Source: a virus
Lineage: Duplodnaviria; Heunggongvirae; Uroviricota; Caudoviricetes
Reading direction: 5' to 3' (one strand)
IMG/VR virus record: IMGVR_UViG_3300033075_001920
Length of the DNA stretch: 64,000 bases
The translations under genes and the position numbers were made by a program. Under the pieces are notes generated by a model. That model saw only the letters and a list, made by a program, of their open reading frames with translations. It searched no databases and was not told where the DNA came from. How positions within the stretch are numbered: the first letter of the stretch is position 1; each line of letters begins with the position of its first letter. Below, one piece after another: positions 43,050 through 51,115 of the stretch.

Positions 43050-44570
43050 TTATAATTTTTCCGGTAATGTTTGCCCTTTAATCTTCGCATATCTCTGCAT
43101 AAGTCTGGCCCAGACGTTTTCATCTTTGAACTTTAAGTGCAGGCTTCCTTTCATATATCCCTTAATTTCAAAGAAACCCCAATCCATCCACTTGCCAAAT
43201 TCAGATTTCTGTTCTACAATTTCAAGTTCAACACCTACTTTGGCAGCCTCCTGCTTTACATGAACCAGCGAATCGTATTTATCTTCGTGCAGGTATTTAT
43301 ATTCTCCCCATGATCGGATAAACTGTCCGTCTTTTTTAACATGGAATGAGTACCTTGTTAAATTGTACAAATCCGGTATGGTGTCATAGTCAATTCCTTC
43401 ATTGGCGGCAATAACCTTTACAAGGTCATTTAAGCGCTGTGCGTTCGAATAAGAACTGTGGGCGGATTTGGCGTACATACGACCTACTTTGTATCCTTTT
43501 TCAGTCATGTAGTCAAGGATGAATTTTTTGTTCAACATATAACCGGAATTGGTTTTCCATCCTTCTACGTTGTAGCGGTTTTCGTGCGTATGGCGCGTAA
43601 AGTTATCGACGGCCTCTTCCAAAGCTTTATTAAAAATCTGGTCTTTGGTCCCACGGATAATATCAAACATTTTGTAGATATTTCTCATAGTGAAAGGGAT
43701 TTGAGTCTGAGTTTCTACAAACTTATTGATTTCACCAATTACACCAGCAGTGAGATACTTAGACATATTCATTTCATTGAATAAATGCTCCCATGCTTTC
43801 TTCTGAAGTGCTTTTTTAAACTCGTCATGCGTACATACAGTATCGTTGTACCCAACTTGGAAGGTAAAACCACCCACGCCGAAAGGAGCGGTATACTTGT
43901 TCATTTTTTTATTTAATTCCAAATGCTCATCAAAGCACTTTACAGAGCCGATATATCTTTGGACAATATCACGAACATAATTGTATTTCATGATTCCTTC
44001 CCTTGCCGGTCCTTCGGGTTCTTCCTCGAGAAAAAATCCATCAAATTCATTGTTTTCATCTGCAGGCTTGAATAAGCGTATTAAGCCGACATGGACATCG
44101 GTACTGCGCTCAGCATCTGAAAAGGGATTACCTAAGTTTTCAAGACTTCCATATGATTCAATAATTGGAAACAGTTCCTGTGCTGCAGTTCTATACTGGT
44201 TTTTAATGCTGCTATGGTTTACCAGTGAAACAATTTCACATCCTGCAGGAGCAATCTTCCATGCATGCAAAATATGGGCGCAATCGTTGGAAAAAGGAGG
44301 ATTCATAACTATAGCCCCAATATGGCTTACTTCATTAGGAACTACCTGTAAAAAGTCGTTTTTCAAAAACTGAGCTTTACTACTGATAATTTTAGCAAGA
44401 TCCATATGAATTTCACAAGCCAAAACTTTTGCCCCATAGCTTTTAAGCACATCTACAATGTTACCTTTACCGGCTGATGGCTCTAAAACAGTTTTACCAT
44501 TTACGTCCATTCCATGCAGCATTGTATGTATGGTATTTTCGGGGGTTGGATAGAAATCTGAATTAAACAT
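43050..44570 (-). CDS. N6-adenine DNA methyltransferase (gamma class, NPPF) with large C-terminal domain
   Basis: FYPTPENT, VLEPSAGKGN (motif I) and IVMNPPFS (motif IV), followed by ~300 aa of unassigned domain. Confidence 0.7.
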   Translation of the reverse strand: MFNSDFYPTPENTIHTMLHGMDVNGKTVLEPSAGKGNIVDVLKSYGAKVLACEIHMDLAKIISSKAQFLKNDFLQVVPNEVSHIGAIVMNPPFSNDCAHILHAWKIAPAGCEIVSLVNHSSIKNQYRTAAQELFPIIESYGSLENLGNPFSDAERSTDVHVGLIRLFKPADENNEFDGFFLEEEPEGPAREGIMKYNYVRDIVQRYIGSVKCFDEHLELNKKMNKYTAPFGVGGFTFQVGYNDTVCTHDEFKKALQKKAWEHLFNEMNMSKYLTAGVIGEINKFVETQTQIPFTMRNIYKMFDIIRGTKDQIFNKALEEAVDNFTRHTHENRYNVEGWKTNSGYMLNKKFILDYMTEKGYKVGRMYAKSAHSSYSNAQRLNDLVKVIAANEGIDYDTIPDLYNLTRYSFHVKKDGQFIRSWGEYKYLHEDKYDSLVHVKQEAAKVGVELEIVEQKSEFGKWMDWGFFEIKGYMKGSLHLKFKDENVWARLMQRYAKIKGQTLPEKL

Positions 44571-44574
44571 GCAA

Positions 44575-44582
44575 CAAAATTA
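44575..44582 (-). promoter_or_regulatory. Bacteroidota-type -7 promoter box (TAATTTTG on - strand)
   Basis: + strand CAAAATTA is the reverse complement of TAnnTTTG. It lies 4 nt upstream of the start at 44570 and 2 nt from the palindrome. Confidence 0.45.
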
Positions 44583-44584
44583 AA

Positions 44585-44602
44585 GTTATTTTACAAAATA
44601 AC
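44585..44602. promoter_or_regulatory. 18-bp palindromic operator GTTATTTT-AC-AAAATAAC (copy 1 of 3)
   Basis: Perfect 8-bp inverted arms with a 2-bp spacer. Identical arms occur at 51088-51105 and 53838-53855. Confidence 0.65.
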
Positions 44603-44779
44603 AATAAATATTTTCATAAAATTGGTAAAATGCAGAAAATCAGCAATAAAAAATAAATACATGAATAAAATACGTAGTATTAAGTAAATATTAACCGGAT
44701 ATACCTTTTTAATATTTTTTTTATTGTGAACAAATATTATGTAATTTGTAATATATAAGCAATTAAAACTTACACAGTG

Positions 44780-45445
44780 ATGGAAAAAATAGATATAAAA
44801 AAAGATTTTGTAATATCAAATCTATTCCGAAAATACAAAAGGGAACTTGATGAACAAAAAATATCGACTAAGGGATTAAGAAAATCATTAGAACTTATCG
44901 GAGATGGTGAAATAATTGAAAAATCGGAATACAATATCGAGGGTGATAATTTAATGTATAAAGAATTTTCTAAGGATCAAACAAAAATATTTGTTGTTCA
45001 TGCGCAAATTGCGAGAAGTCCTTATGGTGGGCCATTCGGATATGCTTATGAAATAGGTGTTTATTTAAATGATCCAAGCACTATTCAGATAGGTGGTGGT
45101 TATGGGACGTCGGGAATAATTCAAATAAAACATACCAGTCTATTTGCAAAAGGTTTTGGAGATGAAGTTTATTTTAATGAAAATATCATTTCAAAGGTTT
45201 GTGATGTTATTAAAGATTACTTTGATTTTTCAATTAAAATGAGTCAAGGTGGATCAATAGGAAATAAAGGTACATTTAAATCGCTTGGCTCAGCAAAAGA
45301 ATTAGGAATAAAACCAGATATTAAATCGCATGATATGATTGCTATCTGTGATTGCGGGGGAAAATTCAGCTATCAAAATTCAAAGAAAAATATACCCTGG
45401 CAATGCCCCGAATGTAACAAAATAAAACGGATTAAAACTGTTTAA
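44780..45445 (+). CDS. hypothetical protein with C-terminal zinc ribbon (opposite-strand island gene)
   Basis: The ATG at 44780 follows a GTG at 44777. C-terminal CDCGG...CPECNK. It is the only + strand gene inside the - strand block. Confidence 0.5.
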   Translation: MEKIDIKKDFVISNLFRKYKRELDEQKISTKGLRKSLELIGDGEIIEKSEYNIEGDNLMYKEFSKDQTKIFVVHAQIARSPYGGPFGYAYEIGVYLNDPSTIQIGGGYGTSGIIQIKHTSLFAKGFGDEVYFNENIISKVCDVIKDYFDFSIKMSQGGSIGNKGTFKSLGSAKELGIKPDIKSHDMIAICDCGGKFSYQNSKKNIPWQCPECNKIKRIKTV

Positions 45446-45498
45446 ATTTACTGAGAGAGGTTTTTCTGATAGGATACTATTGGCATACCAAATAATTT

Positions 45499-45765
45499 TT
45501 ATAGAAGTTCAATCGCTTTTACAATCATACTCTCGTATTCTGAAATATCGGTATCCGGTTGATCGTTTAGAGTTTGATTAGGATTTGCCTTCAATTCATC
45601 GTGCATGACATGAGCTTGTGGAGGATTTTTACTCTTCCAGGACTCAATAGCACCAAGCTCGGTCTTAAGCATATTTTTTGCTAAGTCCGGTCCATATTTC
45701 TTCCGCATAAAGCTTGATAACTCCTCGGCGGAATGAAACATCACAAATATTTCTGGTTTATACAT
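45499..45765 (-). CDS. hypothetical protein
   Basis: 88-aa ORF. Confidence 0.45.
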   Translation of the reverse strand: MYKPEIFVMFHSAEELSSFMRKKYGPDLAKNMLKTELGAIESWKSKNPPQAHVMHDELKANPNQTLNDQPDTDISEYESMIVKAIELL

Positions 45766-46360
45766 AAAGTCTTTGTATTATATCGATTCCATAAAAAACA
45801 TGATCACCTCTCTGCAGTGGAAGTGTACCTGGGAGATAAAGTGGATGAGCTGGTGAACCGTCGCTGTTGAGTTTGATATGAAATCCATCCGGGAAATTTG
45901 ATTTCAACCATTTGTCTTTTTTAAACTGTGCTCCATCCTTTCCCCAAGCGTACACGACGCAGGCAGAATCTTTAGCCATTTCCTTTAAATAGAACAAATT
46001 TTGCTCCACAATTTCAACGGTTTCACTTTGAGCGTATTGCGAAAATAATTCTTTCGGGTTTGGAGTTCTGAAAGTCCATAAATTACCAACATAGAACCCG
46101 CCGGCCTTCCAGTATTTTGAAAAAGAGATAAGTCTTCTTATAGTAGCATCATTGATATTGTGGGAAGCGGTCGAAGGATTAAGCATTACAAAAAGAATCT
46201 TTGGCCTGTCATCCCAGTAGCGATACAAGGTATATCGGTGGGACATATCTTCGGAAAATGTTGCACTGGACAAAATCTTTCCATTTTGATCGTTGGTACT
46301 GAGTGTTTTGGTTTTTAACCAAGCTCTGTCTTGTATCATTTCATTCATAATTTTTGCCAT
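45758..46360 (-). CDS. DUF1643 family protein
   Basis: ILFVMLNPSTAS...DATIRRLISF...GGFYVGNLWTFRTPNPKEL matches the DUF1643 signature by eye. Confidence 0.65.
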   Translation of the reverse strand: MAKIMNEMIQDRAWLKTKTLSTNDQNGKILSSATFSEDMSHRYTLYRYWDDRPKILFVMLNPSTASHNINDATIRRLISFSKYWKAGGFYVGNLWTFRTPNPKELFSQYAQSETVEIVEQNLFYLKEMAKDSACVVYAWGKDGAQFKKDKWLKSNFPDGFHIKLNSDGSPAHPLYLPGTLPLQRGDHVFYGIDIIQRLYV

Positions 46361-46611
46361 GCCATTCCGTTCCAGGTATGTTTTATACCCTGAACAATTT
46401 TTTCACTTACTCCGGATATTAATTCTTCGGTTGTTTCGTTAACTATATTTTGAATTCTGTAGCCATGATTGTAATATTTAGGATCATCGCATACGGTCTC
46501 GAGTTTCTGTTTTGCAATAAACTTATCAGGAGCCTCAATGGTAATTGGCTTTTCAATATCCTTAAAAAAAAATTTATACCGGTTCATTCTATTTAAAAAG
46601 CGGGTGTCCAT
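46345..46611 (-). CDS. hypothetical protein
   Basis: 88-aa ORF. Confidence 0.45.
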   Translation of the reverse strand: MDTRFLNRMNRYKFFFKDIEKPITIEAPDKFIAKQKLETVCDDPKYYNHGYRIQNIVNETTEELISGVSEKIVQGIKHTWNGMAWQKL

Positions 46612-47000
46612 TCTGCTTCAACCCATTCTGCAGGAGCGATAAGAAAAATTAAATTTTCATCTTTACTGATTCTATCTTCAAAGCACATTCGATACACATT
46701 TGCCAAAGAATCGGGATGTTCCATAATAAACCGGTCAGTCGTTTTTACTTTTCCGCAGTACAATTCGTATGGAGGATAGTATCCTTTTATAGCCGGGATA
46801 TCATACATTTGATAATCCCCATTGAGAATTAATTTTTTATCGCTTACACAATTGATGACATTGTATTTATCGATGTAATAAAATCCATTGGGGTCATCGC
46901 CTTTGTGGTTGTAATAATTTACTCCATTATCTCGTAATAGATAAGAAATAATGATGTTTCCTGTTTTTTTGGTACCGTCTGATGCAAATACTGCTTTCAT
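46593..47000 (-). CDS. hypothetical protein
   Basis: The internal ATG at 47000 (MKAVFASDG) abuts the upstream stop. The track start at 47066 would overlap by 67 nt. Confidence 0.45.
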   Translation of the reverse strand: MKAVFASDGTKKTGNIIISYLLRDNGVNYYNHKGDDPNGFYYIDKYNVINCVSDKKLILNGDYQMYDIPAIKGYYPPYELYCGKVKTTDRFIMEHPDSLANVYRMCFEDRISKDENLIFLIAPAEWVEAEWTPAF

Positions 47001-47215
47001 TATACAATTGTTGGAATTTTTGCGCGGTTGAGTCTTTGATAAAATACTTTCAGGCAGTCGGGACAAAATTGTTTCATGTCTTTCTGCCTAAGAGCATCTG
47101 ACCAAGAACAGCATGATTGGTTATACCGTTTTTTCATCGTATTCTTAATAGATGGAGACATGCTTGAATTCATCAAGCAAAAAATATTTCCATCTCTTTT
47201 AATATGAGTTGCCAT
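47000..47215 (-). CDS. small Cys-containing protein
   Basis: 71-aa ORF containing CCSWSD...CPDC. Confidence 0.4.
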   Translation of the reverse strand: MATHIKRDGNIFCLMNSSMSPSIKNTMKKRYNQSCCSWSDALRQKDMKQFCPDCLKVFYQRLNRAKIPTIV

Positions 47216-47550
47216 TATTGTATTAAATTTTCATATCCCCTGAGACATCTGGAATAGTTCAGCCACTGGGCAGCATCAATAATATATTTGTCCTGATTAA
47301 TGCTTATGTCAATGGAATTGTTGCGCCTTACGCGATATTTAAGATCGATCCTCGAACCAACTCCATATCTGGGCTCACGAAACTTTCCGGTTTTTACAGG
47401 TTCAACCCGCTTGGTATTATCTTCCAAAATCCAAACCTTGGAGTGTTTACTGCTCGTATAAGCGACGATTGTGCCAGCGCTGTCCATATGCTCGCTTTTT
47501 GAGCAACCGAAGCACCAGGTGGCAAATATGGCAAAAATCAGAGTTTTCAT
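47215..47550 (-). CDS. lipoprotein
   Basis: The internal ATG at 47550 gives MKTLIFAIFATWCFGC (signal plus lipobox) with ATGA coupling to the upstream gene. Confidence 0.55.
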   Translation of the reverse strand: MKTLIFAIFATWCFGCSKSEHMDSAGTIVAYTSSKHSKVWILEDNTKRVEPVKTGKFREPRYGVGSRIDLKYRVRRNNSIDISINQDKYIIDAAQWLNYSRCLRGYENLIQ

Positions 47551-48287
47551 AAATTCAATGTGAAAGATCCGCCAAAGTGAAGTTTGCCATCGTAAAAACC
47601 ATTCAGCCCGAAGCGCTTTCTTTTTGACAATACACACAGGCCGGCATTGGGCAGGTTGTTATAAAGTCCGCCATTAACAAGCAGACCTTTGTAAAGGGAG
47701 CGATAAAGCTGAATGTTTATTACCATAGGGCTTGATTTAACCTCGGATTTATTGGCATAGTACCTCAGGCTGGATTCAAACCCTATATGACGGCTGTATC
47801 CGTTAAATCCGGCTCTTAATCCTGTCTGGTATTTAGAACGGTCAAAACGACCATCTACACCAACATGCCAATATCCCTTCATATTGATAAAGCCCATAAA
47901 GCTAAAAAGGCATTCAGTGCTCTGCGCGTAGCTGATGTTTAAATTTGCTCTTTTAAGCAAATCATCATAAGAAAATCCCGCAAATATGAATTTTGGCCTT
48001 TTCATATCCTCGTCAGGTAGTAAGTTCTGATTGTTTACCATTATTAGCAGTTCGGAATTAAACCTAATGTTTGTAAGCATGCCGCTTTCTGAATTTCCAA
48101 AATGTCCATAAGCTTTTTCCGGAACTGTTGAAGCAGGTTGCGTAAAGTGGCCTAACGTGGTCCGGAGCACCGGAGTCTTTACCCCAAAATTTAATCGAAG
48201 CAAAGACATGTCTTCTCCGTTAATCCGGATTGATTGCCCCTGGACTGCAGTGGCAATTACAATGAGTAAAAAAAGTATTGATTTCAT
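47547..48287 (-). CDS. secreted beta-barrel outer-membrane-like protein
   Basis: Signal peptide MKSILFLLIVIATAVQG. The body has alternating hydrophobic/polar beta patterns rich in G/Y/F/N/R. Fold is inferred only. Confidence 0.4.
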   Translation of the reverse strand: MKSILFLLIVIATAVQGQSIRINGEDMSLLRLNFGVKTPVLRTTLGHFTQPASTVPEKAYGHFGNSESGMLTNIRFNSELLIMVNNQNLLPDEDMKRPKFIFAGFSYDDLLKRANLNISYAQSTECLFSFMGFINMKGYWHVGVDGRFDRSKYQTGLRAGFNGYSRHIGFESSLRYYANKSEVKSSPMVINIQLYRSLYKGLLVNGGLYNNLPNAGLCVLSKRKRFGLNGFYDGKLHFGGSFTLNL

Positions 48288-48748
48288 GGTTGTTTGTTCT
48301 GATCGTTTCTGATTGGAATAGGAATCTGAATTCTAAAATATAGAGATCTGATAAGGCTATACCATCTGAATTTTTGAAGATAAGTATTGATGGATTTTAA
48401 TCCCTGATGGAACGTTTGCTGATTGGACGGTGCTGGTTTCCTGCGCTCTACCTTCGTGTAGTTATCGATGCGCTTGTCTAAAAACCGGTTAAAATCATCC
48501 CCAAGGTCTTTCTTGTATGGGGATCTATACCATTTGGCAAAAGCGGCAGTATCAAATCCCCGCATGCGCATATCCCGGAACATCCAAACCATATGGGGTA
48601 TTGGTTTTTCTTGTTTTTTAACATTTTTAGGGCGATTACCGAGCATTTCTCCCAAGACGAGTATAACACCAATCATTAGCGCCATCCAGACACCAATTGG
48701 CAAATTAATGAGATTGTAAAGTATATTCATAAGTAGTTTGTTAATCAA
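48284..48748 (-). CDS. N-terminally anchored membrane protein
   Basis: 154 aa with helix INLPIGVWMALMIGVILVLGEML. Confidence 0.5.
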   Translation of the reverse strand: MINKLLMNILYNLINLPIGVWMALMIGVILVLGEMLGNRPKNVKKQEKPIPHMVWMFRDMRMRGFDTAAFAKWYRSPYKKDLGDDFNRFLDKRIDNYTKVERRKPAPSNQQTFHQGLKSINTYLQKFRWYSLIRSLYFRIQIPIPIRNDQNKQP

Positions 48749-48754
48749 TTTTAT

Positions 48755-49057
48755 TTAAGTTTTGTCAATCCCTTCTATCAGTAATTCAAAAAGGGCAGCC
48801 CTTGCGGCGTCTCTAAAAGAAGAGTATTGCATACGACCAATTTTATTTTGTATCTTCTTGCAAAATTCAAGATTATCCTTAATATTTTGCTTCACCAATT
48901 CAACGCATTCTAAAAACATGCAAGCAAATTGTTCATCATTTCCATCAATGTGCTCACTTGCAAATTTAATAATTTCCGACTGAGGTTTATAGCTATTATA
49001 CATGGCAACCATTTCAGTCTTTAATTTCCAAAGTCTGTCAATTTCCTGTTGTTCCAT
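48755..49057 (-). CDS. hypothetical protein
   Basis: 100-aa helical ORF. Confidence 0.45.
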   Translation of the reverse strand: MEQQEIDRLWKLKTEMVAMYNSYKPQSEIIKFASEHIDGNDEQFACMFLECVELVKQNIKDNLEFCKKIQNKIGRMQYSSFRDAARAALFELLIEGIDKT

Positions 49058-49277
49058 TTTTTAAAAAATAAATACGTAAGTTAATTCGAAGTAAAGAATC
49101 GATTGTAACACCAAATAAATCACTCATTTTGACAATGATTTCTATAGGAGGATTACAACGGGATTCTTCATATGCCCCAACGGCGGATCTGGAAACACTG
49201 AGCTGCTGAGCCAAATCACTTTGAGTCATCTTCCTTTTGCTACGTAAAAATACAATATTTTCACTCCAAATGCTCAT
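49038..49277 (-). CDS. XRE/Cro-C1-type helix-turn-helix transcriptional regulator
   Basis: FLRSKRKMTQSDLAQQLSVSRSAVGAYEESRCNPPIEIIVKMSDLFGVTIDSLL is a canonical HTH_3 pattern. Confidence 0.8.
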   Translation of the reverse strand: MSIWSENIVFLRSKRKMTQSDLAQQLSVSRSAVGAYEESRCNPPIEIIVKMSDLFGVTIDSLLRINLRIYFLKNGTTGN

Positions 49278-49687
49278 AATTTGATAGCAAAGGGCAGTAG
49301 AGACGGATAATTCTCTTCACATTCTATACAAAGTCCATTAAAGATGGTAAAAGCGTCTTCTCTGGATTTAGCCTTTTCTTTTCCGGCATTGAAAAACAGA
49401 TAGATGTTTCCGGTCTCCGAGTCCCATGCCCCGAACGAGAACTGTCTTGTAAGGTTTTTGTTCTTTAATTTAATGGGATTTGCAATCCGGAACTTCCTTT
49501 TGCTTTCGACAAATTCATTTATGGCTATATGGTATTTACCTTGCCATATTATTGTCTGTTTGCAGCCCTTTATAAGCTTATCATTGCGCTCTAGTAGTAT
49601 TTCAGGATTCTGATCGTAATGCATAAGCGATTCCGAGTCAAATAACTGGGAAGGGGATGCTAAAAATAACTTTATTGGTTCTGCCAT
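49274..49687 (-). CDS. hypothetical protein
   Basis: 137-aa ORF coupled to the HTH gene. Confidence 0.45.
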   Translation of the reverse strand: MAEPIKLFLASPSQLFDSESLMHYDQNPEILLERNDKLIKGCKQTIIWQGKYHIAINEFVESKRKFRIANPIKLKNKNLTRQFSFGAWDSETGNIYLFFNAGKEKAKSREDAFTIFNGLCIECEENYPSLLPFAIKL

Positions 49688-49712
49688 GTTCTATATGATA
49701 ATTTTATACTTT

Positions 49713-50159
49713 TTATTTCTGACACATTTTTAAGTGACGCGAATAACCTCCCATTTGTGTACCAATAATTCTTTCACATTTAGGGCATTTAATATACATA
49801 TAACTTCCTGCTCTACCTGTTGGGAATTTGCCATCTATTTCGCTTACAAAAAAACCACGATGCGATTCAAAAAATTTTTTATTTAAAAACCCATCAACGA
49901 GCCAGACCTGACTATATTCAGATTTTCTAATAAATTCACATCTAAAACTTCCACTATTGGTTCTGTATCCATTTTCTAAAATAAATTCATGTCCTCCGTT
50001 AATAGTGTACACAAGATGCCACATTTGATCGGTAGACTTTCTTACGCGCTTTACTTTTAATACATCCTCACCATTGTTTATATATGCCGATTCTCCAATA
50101 GAAAGAAATAATTTATTGTCGCCAATTGTGAATTCGTATTTATATTTTTTTTGTTTCAT
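49713..50159 (-). CDS. hypothetical protein with C-terminal C2HC-like finger
   Basis: 148 aa with CPKCERIIGTQMGGYSRHLKMC. Confidence 0.45.
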   Translation of the reverse strand: MKQKKYKYEFTIGDNKLFLSIGESAYINNGEDVLKVKRVRKSTDQMWHLVYTINGGHEFILENGYRTNSGSFRCEFIRKSEYSQVWLVDGFLNKKFFESHRGFFVSEIDGKFPTGRAGSYMYIKCPKCERIIGTQMGGYSRHLKMCQK

Positions 50160-50197
50160 AATTATTTTAGGTTAGTTATACATATAATAACCTTTAT

Positions 50198-50950
50198 TTA
50201 TGCTTTCTTTTTCTTCTTATCTTCGAATACCAGCTGTTTGAAATTAAATCCAAGTTTTCTAAGGTAGTTGTGTACTATTTTTCTGTTTTCTTTCGTGCCT
50301 CTGTAATAGATACAATCGGTCCTGTAAGCTTCAAACTCATTTCCGAGAAGTGCAGCCATGTCATTCATCATTTCATAACACTTGTATCTGATTGACCTGT
50401 ACATGTCTTTCATTTTTGGGTGTTCAGGTTCAATGATCACCGGCTTGGTTTTATCGAGCTTCCCCTTTTCGAAATTCTGATAAGCAGTATTTCTGCCAAG
50501 TACAGCTAAGGCAGCCAGACGAACTCTTTTATATTCATCCCCGCCGGCTCTTTTAAAGGTATTATCAGAAATCATTCCAAGGCGGTATGCCATTACCCAG
50601 TAAGCTGAATCAATATCGGTACCTTCCAGTTCGCCGTAGGAATCATCGTAATCGTAGTTTGTTACATTGGTTGGAAGTTTTTTTGGAGCTTCCCAATCAG
50701 GGTGTACCTGAAGGAACTTTCTTGCATCCATTTTTACAGATCTGAAAACCCATAATTGATTGATTGCAAAACCCTCCTCATTCCGGTTTGGAAATGAATA
50801 ATCGATGTTATTATGAATGATGGTGGTCATGTAACTGGTCTGACGGAACAAAAAAGTCTTACCTTTTTTTTCGAGTGTTTTCTTTAACACCCCAGGCTTG
50901 CGTCTGGCGTTAAACCTTGTTTCAATAATTTCCAAATCCTTTCTAACCAT
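50198..50950 (-). CDS. hypothetical protein
   Basis: 250-aa basic ORF. See the rejected polymerase-motif note. Confidence 0.5.
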   Translation of the reverse strand: MVRKDLEIIETRFNARRKPGVLKKTLEKKGKTFLFRQTSYMTTIIHNNIDYSFPNRNEEGFAINQLWVFRSVKMDARKFLQVHPDWEAPKKLPTNVTNYDYDDSYGELEGTDIDSAYWVMAYRLGMISDNTFKRAGGDEYKRVRLAALAVLGRNTAYQNFEKGKLDKTKPVIIEPEHPKMKDMYRSIRYKCYEMMNDMAALLGNEFEAYRTDCIYYRGTKENRKIVHNYLRKLGFNFKQLVFEDKKKKKA

Positions 50951-50953
50951 ACG

Positions 50954-51067
50954 TTATCTATCTAAGAAGTGGGGCTTTTTACGCATAAGATATCTGCCCA
51001 AACAATACAAGGTTATTGGCATAGAAATCATAAGCGCGATACCGATCCAAAAATATACTATTTCCAT
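50954..51067 (-). CDS. micro-ORF, single-helix membrane peptide (37 aa)
   Basis: Not in the track. MEIVYFWIGIALMISMPITLYCLGRYLMRKKPHFLDR. It starts 10 nt after a -7 box and ends 3 nt before the next ATG. Confidence 0.4.
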   Translation of the reverse strand: MEIVYFWIGIALMISMPITLYCLGRYLMRKKPHFLDR

Positions 51068-51077
51068 AATTACGGGA

Positions 51078-51085
51078 CAAATATA
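51078..51085 (-). promoter_or_regulatory. Bacteroidota-type -7 promoter box (TATATTTG on - strand)
   Basis: + strand CAAATATA is the reverse complement of TAnnTTTG. It lies 2 nt from palindrome copy 2, the same spacing as at copy 1. Confidence 0.45.
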
Positions 51086-51087
51086 GT

Positions 51088-51105
51088 GTTATTTTTTAAA
51101 ATAAC
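51088..51105. promoter_or_regulatory. 18-bp palindromic operator GTTATTTT-TT-AAAATAAC (copy 2 of 3)
   Basis: Perfect 8-bp inverted arms identical to those of copies 1 and 3. Confidence 0.65.
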
Positions 51106-51115
51106 AAGAGATATT

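Noticed and set aside
43028-43123. Longer start at 43123 for the small ORF downstream of the NPPF methyltransferase.
   Set aside because: It would overlap the methyltransferase 3' end by 73 nt with a basic, low-information translation. The internal ATG at 43027 is preferred.
50198-50950. Family-B/protein-primed DNA polymerase-like motifs in the 250-aa protein. They are GTDIDSAYW (cf. DxxSLYP), KRVRLAALAVLGR (cf. KxxxNSxYG) and AYRTDCIYY (cf. YxDTDS).
   Set aside because: The protein is less than half the size of any such polymerase and has no exonuclease or thumb regions. The motif B spacing does not fit and motif C has only one Asp. I treat the resemblance as coincidental unless structure prediction says otherwise.
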